Positions 1 to 12,660 of a DNA stretch of 64,000 nucleotides are shown here, one piece after another; positions within the stretch are counted from its first letter, which is position 1, and every line of letters begins with the position of its first letter. This DNA is from Marsupella aquatica (lineage: Eukaryota; Plantae; Marchantiophyta): positions 2,743,416 to 2,807,415 of the forward strand of contig OZ316897.1 of the NCBI GenBank assembly GCA_973895155.1, written 5' to 3'. A program made the position numbers and the translations under genes. The notes under the pieces are model-generated. The model was not told where the DNA came from. It did no database searches and was given only the letters and a program-made list of their open reading frames with translations.

Positions 1-688
1 GTGCACTCATCAAAATGTACGTGCTGCGGATGTGGGTTTGATGGCAACAAAGTTTGAATCTGGACGATTCAACGATCTCCCTTGCTGAGCCCAAGTGATC
101 CCGTAGACATGGAGTTACAGAAAATGATCTGAGAGCGACACTAAGGCTATTAGCATCTTTATTTTGATCGCTGATGTTTAATGCTCTGTAAGACTAGATT
201 CAGCGTTGGCAATGTTGACTTCAAAGGTGCCAACGTAGTAGACTTTCCTCATCATGAGAGATGATGTATCATGTACAGGTAAATTGTGTTTGATGCTAAT
301 AGAAGGTCTAATTCCGCAACAACTGAGAAGGATGTACAAATCAATTTGAGCCACATGTAATTTTCTCCGTATCTTGCACCCTGCAGGTCAATTCAAGATG
401 AAGCATCACAGAAATCACTTGCACAGATCAAATAGATGTAAGAAACTTTTCTAACATATTGCACTGTTGTCCACGATGGCCTGAAGGGTTAGACTCAGCG
501 TATTTTTTAAGGTTTCACTTTTTAGCCAGAGTGGCGAATGTAAAGTGTGAGGGAGAAGATACTCAGAAGATTCCCTATTCAATTATTTTGCTGACCGTAA
601 GATCTCCCATATTTAAGGCTGATCATTAGATTCTGGCTAATGGGGCCTGGGATTAGGTGCTGGCTAATTGAGCCAACAAAAGAGTAAC

Positions 689-837
689 TGTTGTAGCTCA
701 TCAACAATCATTCTTCCATTCATTCCTCATCATATACATATAGCCCTTTAGGTCGGTAAGGCAGTTGGGCAGTTGGTCTTAACCTAACCGTAGTAGGCTT
801 GGTCCTAGGTAAGCTAGAGTTAACTTAGGTTACAACA
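689..837 (-). repeat. 3' LTR of mini-copia (149 bp)
   Basis: Direct repeat of 2195-2343; no differences seen by eye. Confidence 0.93.
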
Positions 838-1245
838 CTCCCCCTTGGGTGTAACATGGTATGGGGAAATGTTGCAGCCAATTAAAGCCTACTCTAATCA
901 TTATGGGGGAATGTAATCTCATTAAAACCCCCCCTCCTTTCTTGTGGGGGGAAAGAGTATTACCATTCCCTCCATGATTTAGTTTGTAACTTAACTTAAA
1001 AGTATTGATGTATTGGGCTAATGTAACCTTATATGCTAGTGTGTAAAGTTGATTCTAATGGACGTTGGTGTCCTCTGATGTTTTGTCGTGTATTGTCGAT
1101 GATGGCCATTTCGATGTCGTCTCGTTGTTCTTGGTTTGGAAAGCGCTTTCGGCTGCAAGGCTGTTGATTTTCGTCTATGATCAGGCGGAGGTCGAGCGGC
1201 TCTCCCCCTGAATGGTGTGTGTATCAACTGCGATCCCAAGTTCGG

Positions 1246-1863
1246 TTAGTTTATCTGCAATTGAGATAAGTTTCTTAGCCCTATCGAATGTGCATGCTTT
1301 TTGTGGAGAGTGGGTGGTAGGGCTTTCGTAAACATATCTGCAGAGTTTGATTCGCTTGGTATCCAGTGCACTTCAATGCTTTTGCTCTGCTGCTCCTTAG
1401 TAAAGAAGAACTTTGGGGCAATGTGCTTTGTTCTGTCACCCTTGATGAAACCTGTTTGAATTTGATCGACGCATGGTCGGTTGTCTTCGTATACATGTGT
1501 GGGTGCAGTCAGTCTTGGCGTTCCTGTGTTATAATGTATGTGGTTGATCACGTTTCGTAACCAGATGCACTCGCGGCTGGCTTCGTATAACGCAATTATT
1601 TCGGAGTGGTTTGATGAGGTCGTGGTAAGCGTTTGCTTGTTGCTCCTCCATGAGATCGCCGTTTGCCCCATCAAGAACACGTACCCTGTCTGTGACTTAG
1701 CGTCTTGAGGGTCGGACAGATATCCTGCATCAGCATATCCAGTTAGTAAGTAAGTAGCGTTCTTCGGGTAGAATAATCCCAGGTCTATGGTACCTCTTAG
1801 GTAGCGGAAAATTCGCTTGATGCCATTCCAGTGGCGTATTGTTGGTTCTGCACTGTGGCGGGT
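1246..1863 (-). pseudogene. Copia RT C-terminus plus RNase H fragment
   Basis: Open frame RHSAEPTIRHWNGIKRIFRYLRGT...GYADAGYLSDP..KSQTGYVF...SSNHSEIIALYEASREC...YEDN...DRTKHIAPKFFF...NSADMFTKAL. Truncated upstream at ~1864. Confidence 0.9.
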
Positions 1864-2180
1864 TTAGCTGTTTCGGTTGTTCACCCTAAAGTGCAATTTC
1901 ACCCTAAAGTGCAATTTCTTAATCGTTTGAGCTTTCGGTTGTTCACTGTGCTTCTGCGGGTCTGCATGTGCGGGATTGAATTTCCGCTTCTAAAATCGTT
2001 CTCGGATCCTTGATTCTCAATGGGTGGATGTCGCTTTTTCTTCCGCTTCTGTCCTTATCGTGTGTTTTCCCCGATTGGTCCTCTTGTAAAACAAATCCGC
2101 GGACGGGCGAACTCCAACTCCTCTTGGCCTACACAATAAATTCACGAGGATTGCTCTTTCGCCAGAAAAAAAATTTAGCT

Positions 2181-2194
2181 TCGTGCTGATAACG
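2181..2194 (-). promoter_or_regulatory. Primer-binding site, half-tRNA type (matches tRNA-Ile anticodon arm)
   Basis: cgttatcagcacga on the - strand directly after the 5' LTR. It has no TGG, and it matches the anticodon arm of plant tRNA-Ile(AAT) as I recall it (TCGTGCTAATAACG), with G at the wobble position. Confidence 0.65.
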
Positions 2195-2343
2195 TGTTGT
2201 AGCTCATCAACAATCATTCTTCCATTCATTCCTCATCATATACATATAGCCCTTTAGGTCGGTAAGGCAGTTGGGCAGTTGGTCTTAACCTAACCGTAGT
2301 AGGCTTGGTCCTAGGTAAGCTAGAGTTAACTTAGGTTACAACA
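2195..2343 (-). repeat. 5' LTR of mini-copia (149 bp)
   Basis: Direct repeat of 689-837, adjacent to the PBS. Confidence 0.93.
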
Positions 2344-2610
2344 GTAACCAATTTTTGCCAAAAGTGGCGAAGTATTTTTGGGGAGGTGGAATCTAGCTAA
2401 TTTTTGCCACTTAAAAAAACACTGGTTAGACTGACCTACGTCTACAGATTGAGTGTAGCCTGAATGAAGTCAAGTTGCTTATAAGAAGGTAAACATCAAT
2501 TGCTTGTGAGAGGAAATGAAAGAATCCAGTGCACCCATTTTGCAAGACAGTGTGAACTTGGCGCCAGATTCAAAATCTGGTAAAGAATTAACCCTATATT
2601 CTAGCCCCAG

Positions 2611-3490
2611 GAACATTATCATTTTCAATACATTGTGTAGCTTTACGATGGGCTTTATAAGTATTAACATTATCATTTTCAATGCATTGTATAGCTTTAC
2701 GATGGGCTTTATAGATATTGTCGTTGTCTCATTACTTGTACAGCAGCTTGAATGTCTTTCTAGACCCCCATGGGAGCAAATGGAATGTCTTTCTAGACTC
2801 CCATGGGAAGTTACTTCTAAGATTCCTGGATGCACGTGTCGCCACATCATAATCAAATTTAATCATTTGTGTTTGAGGCAAGACAAAAAAAAAAACACTT
2901 AGAACAAAAAAACCAAATTTGATTATTTGTGTTTGAGGCACGGCAAAGAAAAATAGCTAAACTTATTTGACTATTTGTGTTTGAGGGGAGGCAAAGAAAA
3001 ACATTAAACCTTATACCTTGTAAATGTAAGAACAATGGAAAATTGGAAATTAAAATTTCTAACTAAACAAAGTAAAATGTAAAGTAGGGGTGAAAGAAAA
3101 TATTTTGTGGATAAGCTATGATTGATATATGAATTTTTTTGGTAATCTATTTCAATTTTCTATTTAATTTAAACACTTTTGAAATAAGGACTAGTTGAAA
3201 GAAACTCTACAACTACCCAGGGACCATAAGAAACCCAAGAAATGAGAAAAGTAACATTTCAATTAAACAAAGAAAAGAGTAAAACAGGGGAGAAAGAAAA
3301 TAATCTTTGGATAAGTTGTGATTGATATATAAATGTTTTCTTTTGCAATATGTTTCAATTTTGTTTTTAATTTACACATTTTTGAAATAATGACAGGTAG
3401 AAAGAAACTCTTCAACTACTCTAACATTTACCAAGGTAATATAAACAACCCAAGAAATTGTTTAACTTCTCTAACATTTATCAAAGTAAC
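2611..3490. repeat. Cluster of short AT-rich tandem duplications (~33, ~55 and ~210 bp units)
   Basis: For example aacattatcattttcaat..gatgggctttata x2, gaatgtctttctagac.ccatggga x2, and a ~210-bp degenerate duplication at 3050-3420. Confidence 0.55.
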
Positions 3491-4359
3491 TTAAGAAACC
3501 CTTTGGCTACTACCGATAGAGGAGTGACAAGCAAAGATAAGAAACACCATAACTCCTATGGGTAGAGGAATACCAAGGGACTCTAAGATTCCAACTACTA
3601 TGAACAAAATAATATTTTGTATGAACTATATGTAATGTTACATGTATTCTATAGATATTATAGAGGTATTAAGGGAAACGTTTTGCATGGAGATTTACCC
3701 TTGGTATTACCATGAATGTACTCCTATTTTTCTTCAATGAAATTATCCTAACTACCTTTAAAATTCATTTCATTTAGAATACCTCATTTAATCTTTGTCC
3801 TCTCACCTATCTATTCTTCACAGCTCCAAATTAACTCCTATAATAAAAGGTTGCACCACTTTTGAAGTGGTCCTCATTCAAATTTGGAGAGGCTTTTTGA
3901 GTGAAAGAGAAGGGAACTGGAAAAAGAGAAAGGAATAAGAAGAAAATACTTATATATTGCGATTTTCCAAGCAAGAAAAGTATAAAGTCTCCCCCTTTAC
4001 CGTCCATGCTACCCCATGCTCCTCCCTCTACCATCCATGTCAATCATGCATACCAAGTGCTCCTCCCTCTACCATCCATGCCATACTATGCCCCATGCCA
4101 TATGATCCATGCAAAGGAAGTGCTGCATCATGACATCATGGGAGGAGTTTAATGACAAATATTGCATTATGAAGAAAATAGTGCACAATCTAATCAATGA
4201 GACAAAGACAAGACAAGAAAAATAGTGAAAAAGAAGGAAAAAGAAGAGGGGGGAGGGAGGATATTAAGGTTTTAAAATATTCAAATTACAAAAACAATTA
4301 AAAATTCATTCTCATTTTGTTGTACTTTGGTGGTGGTTGTCGCCTCTCTTTGTGTCATG

Positions 4360-5890
4360 ACATCTTTCACTCCACACTTTTTACTCAATGAGATCTTTCT
4401 AACAAATATATATTTTGCACCATAATATTTTTGCAACTACATCTTTAGCACAACATCATCTATTACGCATTGACGTCTTTTGCCAAACAATATCTTTTAG
4501 TAAACTACATCTTTTGCACAACAACATATTGTACTTAACAACACCATTTATTTAACAACATTGTAAATTTAACAACATATTTATGCAACATCTTTTGTGC
4601 AAGAGAGACTTGACAACATATATGACTAACAACATCACTTTACTTATGGAGCATTTTGTACTTAACAATTTTATACTTAACAACATCTTTTCTCTTAACC
4701 GACATCTTGGGTGTAGTGACATCTTTTGTCTCAACGACATCTTTTCTCTTAACAACATCTTGGGTGACACGACATCTTTTCTCCTAACAACATCTTGGGT
4801 GTCCCGATATCTTTTCTCTTAACGATATCTTGGGTGTCACGAGATCTTTTGTGCAACGCACGGGTATTGAGCTCGTAGTTCAATAAAACAAGCTTACATA
4901 ACCAAGGGGTCCTCAAACTAATTTCTTTTTCTGACTGATAGTTCTTTGTTAATCTAGGTGCATCAATGTGTTATTTGGTCCTTACAAAGCAAAACAATCC
5001 AAAATGGGATCTAGGTTTGTTTACTGAAGTAAGTTTAGAGTTTGTTAGTGCCATAAACAGTGCATTCCTTCAGTTAGGTGGACCATGGGGGTAAGATCAA
5101 CTTCTCCATCAGAATTGCTGAGTCAATCCAAGTGAACAAAGAGGATATCAAGAAATTCCAAAAATAAATTTCTGGTCATTGTCCACAAAATTCTTTGTGC
5201 TTCTCAAACCAGAGCAATGATGGAAAGGAGAACTTGTGGTCTCTATAAATCTACATAACATAAATGATGCTAATATGTACTTATTATGTAGTATTAGTTC
5301 AATGCCTTTGCCCATGCCGGTGAGTTGCACTAAAGATGTCCAGGTGAGAAAAAGAAATCAAAATGAAAAAACATTTTGAGGTGAGGAAAATAAGTTGAGC
5401 TGAGAAAAGATTTAGAGGAGAGAAAAATATAAAGGCGAGGAGAAGATGTTGAGGAGAGAAAAGATGTAAAGGGTGAGAAAAAGATGTCATGGTAAGATAA
5501 AGATGTCAAGGTGGGAAAAAGATTGGGAGATGAGAAAAAGAAAATTTGTCAAGGAGAGAAAAGATGTAGAGCTGAGAAAATGATGTCAAGATGAGAAAAT
5601 GATGTCAAAGGTGAGAAAACAATGTTGAGGTTAGGAACATGTGTCAAGGAGACAAAAGATGTCATGGTGAGATAAAGATATCAGTGGGAGAAAAAGATGG
5701 CAAATAAGATGAGAAAAAAATGTCAAGGCTAGGCAAGAAAATATAGTCGTTGCAATGTAGTTATTGAGACATGTTATGTGTGATCTAACCATACAGTTAT
5801 CATTGTGGTAGTGTTCGATGCCCATAAGATGTTCCAAAAAATATATCATTGCATAAAAGATGTTTACATCAAAAAGATGTCACAAAGGTG
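4360..5890. repeat. Low-complexity arrays in opposite orientation (acatctttt / aaaagatgt)
   Basis: acatctttt units recur at ~4360-4850 and their reverse complement aaaagatgt recurs at ~5330-5880. Confidence 0.5.
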
Positions 5891-6766
5891 ATCAGGGAGA
5901 GGGCGAGATAGGTGATGGCAACCGAGGCAGGCACATTCACACAATGCTAGGTGGGGGGTGACATACTTCTCCTCCTCATAGCTTCCCCCCACCTTTCTCT
6001 TGGGCTGCTTCTCCCCTCTCCCTTCCACCCTCACCCCATACACAACCCAATAAAGGGCAAGGGTGTACTAAATCTCCTCCTTTTTTTCCTCTTATTGCCT
6101 TAGTTTTTTTATTTTCACTTTCCTTTGCTCCACTTTGTCTCATCCCCTCCCCCTACCTACCTATGGGAGGGTATGATACTATTGAGCCCCTCACCCATTG
6201 GTGTATCATTAATTTCCCCTCCCTACTTTGAATTTTATGGCTCCTAGTCCCTTTCCCCTCATAATGGTGTCCCAAGTGTCCTCATCCCAATGGCAATACA
6301 TGGCACGCACATAAAGCCTATGCATCATGCCCCTCCTATAGAATCTTGTGGTATACCAAAATACTTTCATTGTCCTGTCTGCTTTGGTTTAGGAAGATTG
6401 TTTTTTGAATATAAAAGGCTAGGATAAAGGTACTTCTAAATCCAATGGTCATAAAATGTTCCCTCCAAAAGTGAGTTTGTAAAGGGACGACTCACAATTT
6501 TTGGTGGGATTCCTCATTATAGTAGTACATTAATTCAATGCCTTTGCAATGATGTCATTGTGTATATAAAAGATGTCATTGTGTAAATGATTTACAATGT
6601 TGCTTAAAAGATGTTGTTGTGCAAAACATATCACGAAGTAAACATTGAAAAAAGAAGTGACATGGAAGCACGATGAAAAGACCTTTGAAAAATGAAGCAA
6701 TGGAAACAAGATGAAAATATTTGTGCAAGATAGAGACACTGGCACGATGTTTAAATAGGGTCATAC

Positions 6767-6770
<4 letters not shown>

Positions 6771-6814
<44 letters not shown>
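6771..6814. repeat. (CT)22 microsatellite
   Basis: Perfect CT dinucleotide run. Confidence 0.95.
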
Positions 6815-6818
<4 letters not shown>

Positions 6819-7911
6819 GTTCCTCCTCCCCTTCTTCACCTGAAGGAGGTGGTGGGCAATGACAAGACCTAAGGGTAAGATATGGGCACATGGAGTAGGC
6901 AAAGAGACTATGGGCCCCTTTTGTTATTAATGTTTCATTTCTCCACTCCCTTTTCTCAGGGAAGAAAACAACCACCTCAATGGGGTGCAAGGTACTGTCA
7001 ATGTGGAATTTGTTTTCAACACAAAAGATTGTGGGCAAACAAGTGACCAGTGCCAATAGGTAGCAAGGAAAACTGATCCAGTGGGGAAGGCAAAAAATCT
7101 CTAGGAGCAAAAAAGAAAAGTCGAGGCAAACAACAAAAACGTTGGGTGCCACAAACAAATAAAATGGGAGACACATACAGTCAAGTAAAATTTAAATGAA
7201 GGTAAAAAACATTGTGCAAACTAAGTTGAATCTCGTTGCCATGACAATTTGCATACACTCACAAATGAAAAAAAGAAATGTGCACCTCGCCTTAGAAATA
7301 CATTAACGATGGGAGGTGTTGGGGAAGGATTCAAATTGGCCCCATGAATATGATTGGAAAACCCAGAAGAAGAAAAAAAGGAAAAAAAACATCAAATAGA
7401 AAAATATTTTGAATATAAACAGTAAACCTAAACCTGAACAGGAACAAACTAGAATTATACATCTCTTCTCCCATCATAAACCTCTCACCCATGCTTATAG
7501 CCCACTTGTAGGAGATCCTGTGTATACCGTACTGCCATTTGGCTACGCGTAATGGTTTCTTGCCAATCTTCACTCATCACAAATTTGTTTTGGGGCACTT
7601 TGTGCACAATTTGTTTTTTGAGTCCGTACTCCAACAATTCACACATATTGCCATCAAGGGTTGTCCTAGCTAGGTCGAGCAAAATCTGACAAAGACCACT
7701 AGATTACATATTTTGTAGATGCCCTTGGCCCAATACATGCATGGAAAGTTAGTTTATCAATAAACCTATACACTCAAACTTTATTTGATGAGGCCTTTTG
7801 AGCATCATTCTTGATTTCCACATGAAATATGTCTTGTCAGGGTTAAGGAGGTTTACCCATAGACTTAATGCAAGAGAACCTTTTTGAGGTCTTTGTAGAT
7901 TGCTAAAGTTG

Positions 7912-9270
7912 TGTTATCGGCCCGGTGTCCTGGGAATAGTGAGCTCTCAAGAACACGTCGGGTGCCTGGCTGCATGTGCTAATTATGCTACTTATCACTT
8001 GTAAGAGACCTCATGCATAGAACCAATTCCCTTGAGAGCCTTGTCCCTTCCCGGCCATTTCTCGAGTTCCTTGGGTTCCCTTATGCCTCTTGCGGTTTTT
8101 TCCAGATAAACTGGGTGGGAAGGGCGTACCCTTTTCTGCAAGGACTCCTAAGCACTTTTGGTACCAAGAGATATGTGTGATCTACTCCAGATAATTGCAA
8201 TAACACCAGAGTAGTCGGGGCCACGCCCACACTCCACAAATCTTTCCTCCAAGTGATAATCTTCTCTACTTGCTTCTATCAACTCTCGGCTATGATCTCT
8301 CTTCTATTACACTATTATGAACACACTCACATCCCCATCTGTGCATCTATATAGTATTAATGGATCCGACGATAATTCCAGTGTATCCTTCTTCCCCAAA
8401 CTTCTATGTAAGAACCTGCCTAATATCTACCTTCCTCTTTACTATCAACTTAATGCTCACCGTAGAATGCAAATTCAGAATCTGCGGACTCTCATTCAAA
8501 TCAATATTGACATTCATACTTCCTATTATGCTTACTAACTAAGAGAGGTTCAGTGGCAGAGCCGTCTCTACTTGAACACAGGTTCGTGGACATTATATCT
8601 ATGGTATTGGCGGCATAGCCGACCTTGCCAGATTCAAAGCTCCATATTCAAGGTACTCGAGTGGTGGCAGTGCCTTCCATGACCAAGAATCAAGAAACTT
8701 AGAACCCTTCCACCATATAAACCGACAGCATAGCCATTCCGTTAGTCCTAGAACCAATGTTCAAGCATTCATCCAATACAAATACACACAATATGCGCTC
8801 TATGCACTCTCTATCCTCGCACTCATACACTTGAAATGCTGGAAAATTGACTCCCCTGGGAGGGCGAACCTCCCTCTTATTTATAGTTGGAGCCAGGTTA
8901 CGCTGGTCCCTTTACAAGAGCATCCTAGAATTAACTAGAACTTACTAGAACTTACTTTCTACCACGGTAAATTCTAGAACTCACTTTTTACCATGGTAAA
9001 TTCTAGAACTTACCGAAATTTACCTTTTTACTATGGTAAATATAAGAAATTACTATTTACTAAGGTAGATTCTAGAAGTTAATGTATTTTACCTTTTTAC
9101 TATGGTAAATTCTAGAAGTTACTATTTACTATGGTAGATCTTGAAAATTACCAAGACTTATAATTTTACTTGGTAAAACCCAAAATCTCTTTTTTACCAC
9201 AAAAACCTCTACTTTTATATTTTTACACAAAACCAAGCTATTCTCCATATAATCTAATTCCCTTACGACA
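7912..9270 (-). mobile_element. Possible solo LTR (~1.36 kb)
   Basis: Starts tgttatc and ends ttacgaca. Minus-strand TATA (ctataaataa, ~8877-8886) and U3-like ttctagaac tandem repeats (8925-9150). No TSD found. Confidence 0.38.
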
Positions 9271-12110
9271 TGATCGGTTATTAGTGCAAGAATTATTTGC
9301 TCCTACCAGAAGCACGAGGGTGAACCTGGGTGGCGGAAGCTCTGTTGTATCCGGGGTTGTATCTAACTTGATGGCAATGGAGGTGTAGTGTTGGCTGGGA
9401 TACAACTTCTCCTTAATTATGGACCCCATTAGGGGTCCTTTCCAAAATTCCTGGCTCCACAGCGTGCCACATCATCATGGCACGCTTCAAACACGAAGGG
9501 ACTTGTTTTTGGATGAAATTAAGTTTTGAATTCGTGTTTGTGGCAACTTCTTTGTAAAAACTGGGATGCCATGCCGTAAAAGAGAATGTAAAAAAACCTA
9601 CATGCAAATCAAAAGATAAAAAGATTGAGGTAAAATTGTTCCTTGTAACCGTTTTATTTACATTTTTATTTTATTCAAAACATAAAATTTTCCCTCTAAC
9701 AATTTTTGATTTGACATTGCTGAGTCAAATCATAATGAAAACTCACGTATAATATGACGTTGGAAAGATCTTGAAGAGACGGTCCTAATGAGCTCAGGAT
9801 TGTCAACATTCGGTAAAAATTGAGTAAATAATTTTAAAAATATATTTTACCCGTGATTTTATAATCTATAACGTGAATAGAAATCTTTGTTGCACAATCT
9901 CCAAAATGTTGATCCCTTCCATGAGAATGAACCCTAAAATTGACAGATTTTATCGAGTACTAAGGAGATTCGGAGTTTTAGAATTTCTTTAGCCTTTTAA
10001 TGAACTTAACATTGATAGATTTAGTTGAGTTGTGAGTATTATGAATTTCCAATGTTCTTTAATTTTCCAATGAGTGGTCATGAGTTTCTAAATTTCTCTA
10101 GCTTTCGATAGATTCAGAATTCTACAATTGGAGATTTGTTTCCGTGAAACTTTTTGTCTCAAACAATTATGCAAGGTTAGGATTTGATGACACCAATGAC
10201 TTCTCCCTCTTTGTCCCTCTACGTGTAGGAATTGAAAAAGTATGTGATTACTTTCAATACAACTTGAGTGCATCTGACATCCCTTCAGTACCGTGGAGGA
10301 AACTATCAAACACCGTTTTGCTAAAGTGGGCAATTAAGCTACCCAAACATTAAACAGTAGTTCACATTGTAACTGGTTTTGTGATTGATGTTAATTATGG
10401 TTGCCTCGGTAAATTTGGCAATTGTTTCAAGTGTCAAGCTTTGACTTGTCCATTTTTGAATTTTTTTTCTTTAGACTTGGAGATACATCTGGGCTTCAGT
10501 TTCTAGATAATTGCCTCTAAAATAACATGGGGGTCCACGAATTAATTTGTGTTGCAGCTCCTTAGGAGAAGTGGAGGAATATGACACTCTTTAAATTTGT
10601 TTCCTGTAATGTATGCAGCTCATGTAGCCCCAACAAGAAAAATGTGGCTTTGAAATGGGCTACTTCTCTTTGTCCAATAGTTTCAGATTGGACATTGTGG
10701 TGAGGATGATCTTACCTAATTACCAGCACCTCTACACTGCTCCTAAAGAAGGTAAAGGCGACGATGCAATTCTCCGCCCCTCCTTTAAGGTGCTATCATT
10801 GTGCCATCTGAATATTGGCAAAGTTGTATGGGCTCAATTGTTATTCAGAGTATTTTTATTTCAATGTGCCTTATCAAGGGGCATCCTTTTTATCATGAAG
10901 ATTTTTAATTAATTTTTGGACCCCTTTAATTTTGGCATCTTAGAGAATTTTGAACTCATGGGGGCAGCCCTCTTATCTCTTAGATTAACCAACTACTTTA
11001 ATTTTCATCACTTGAACAAAGTTTTTAAGTCTTCTTATGAATTGAAAGAGAAAAATGACTCTAAATAATGTGAACACATGATGTCTTAAGTTCCCCTCAT
11101 GACTCTCGTTCTTAAGTTTATGGTTTTTGTTGAACAGCTTTTAACTACCCTGTCCCCCTAACTTGCCAAATTTGATACCTTGTCCCCCAAATGAAATTAT
11201 TTGTCACCCTGTCCCCCATTTCGTATATGGCTTAGTATTAACCCACCAAGGGGTTCCCAGTGCAACGTGTCAAGGCATCATTGGTCCGGATAACGTGCCA
11301 TTAACTCACCTTCCCCTTCCCGGTTGCAACCCATTTTTGCTTGGGGGCCTTCGTTCAATCCCGGGAGGAGGCCAAATGGCCACCAAGTCCCTCACAGACC
11401 AGCCTGACATGTTTTCCCTCCCTGCCTCATGAACTCCCCACGTTTTTTGCCCTTCGTGTACACATGAAAACTGCAGATTGCGCTTTTACAAAGGAGAAAA
11501 CCACACAAATGTTCACACATTTGAGCTTCTCAACTTCCGCAGTGTGACATGTTGTCTACTTTTGACATTTGCACAGCTGCAACCTTACACGGTTGAATGC
11601 AGGCATAGTGGCAAAGGGCGCACACAAGAATACAGCAAAGATGCAGCAAAGTCCTCCAATTTTCACCCTTGTTTTTGCTGCATTTTATCGCCCTTGATTC
11701 TGATCTGAAAACGTTTCTGAATCTGCTGCCCTCCTTTTCCTGAGCAAAACAAACTCGCCATCTTTGGCTTGCATCTTAATTCAATCCCTGTGGCGAAAGT
11801 AGTCAACTGCTGGTCGAGGTGACACAACAGGCTGGGCTAGGTGGAGCACTGTTGTTACTACTTTCAATGAACCAATTCTGGATTTCGAAGGCAATTTCTG
11901 ACCTGTGAGCTAATTGAATTAAAATCAACATAGCTCAAAAGCTACTTGTAGCTCTGAACGCCAGTAGAACTCCAACACAGTTTTCACTTGCACCAATTCG
12001 TTCAGCCTCTCCTCTCATCCTCTGAACTTTCTCCATTAAATCGGATTGCTAGCGCAGGGCACAGTCAAATTTCAGCAACGGTTTTCTTGTTCGCAGAAAT
12101 CGTGTCTCTG

Positions 12111-12454
12111 TGTTGAGCATAGACGACATTCGCAACGGCAAGCCCATGAACCATCCAACGCACAATAGTCGACACAAAGAGATACGTGGTTCACCTCCAC
12201 ATGAGGCTACGTCCACGGGAACACACAAGAGCTTTACTACACTCTAGGCCGATCGGCCATACCAAGCATCCACAGCACAAGCTCTCCCTATCTCTCAACT
12301 AGCTCCGTAACAATGAGCCTAAGTTTCACCAGGGTCTAGCATCAGCCCTGGCTATATGCACAACATCACTACCGCTAACATTAGCTAAGTCCTAACCCGA
12401 GTTAGACTAACTGTGGTTAGCTCATGAGTCACAAGACTAGAGCAATATCTAACA
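12111..12454 (-). repeat. 3' LTR of copia element
   Basis: Direct repeat of 18477-18820. Confidence 0.95.
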
Positions 12455-12660
12455 AACTCCCCCTTGACTCTTGTCTTGGGGACTGGACTAAATGCTACCA
12501 TATGGAATCCTCAGCGGGAAGTTCCAGACAATCACCAAACCAGGTCTCCCCCTAAAACCACAAGGGTTAACTAAGGGTTAACTAGAACTAAGTCGTAGCC
12601 TAACAGGAATGAGTAATCCATATACAAATAGTCACACATTGTTAAATAACTCTACTTGCA

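Larger units (their letters stand above)
689..2343 (-). mobile_element. Internally deleted Ty1/copia LTR retrotransposon, Bianca-like (1655 bp)
   Basis: Two 149-bp TG...CA LTRs (689-837, 2195-2343). 5-bp TSD gtaac (684-688, 2344-2348). PPT (ctccccctt on +) next to the 3' LTR and PBS at 2181-2194. Only the end of RT and RNase H remain. Confidence 0.92.
496..2424. mobile_element. hAT-type non-autonomous element (MITE, ~270 bp) interrupted by a nested copia element
   Basis: Imperfect TIRs: cagcgtattttttaag at 496 and cttaaaaaaacactg ending at 2424. Perfect 8-bp TSD gttagact at 488-495 and 2425-2432. An 8-bp TSD with CAG.. ends is typical of hAT. Confidence 0.75.
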
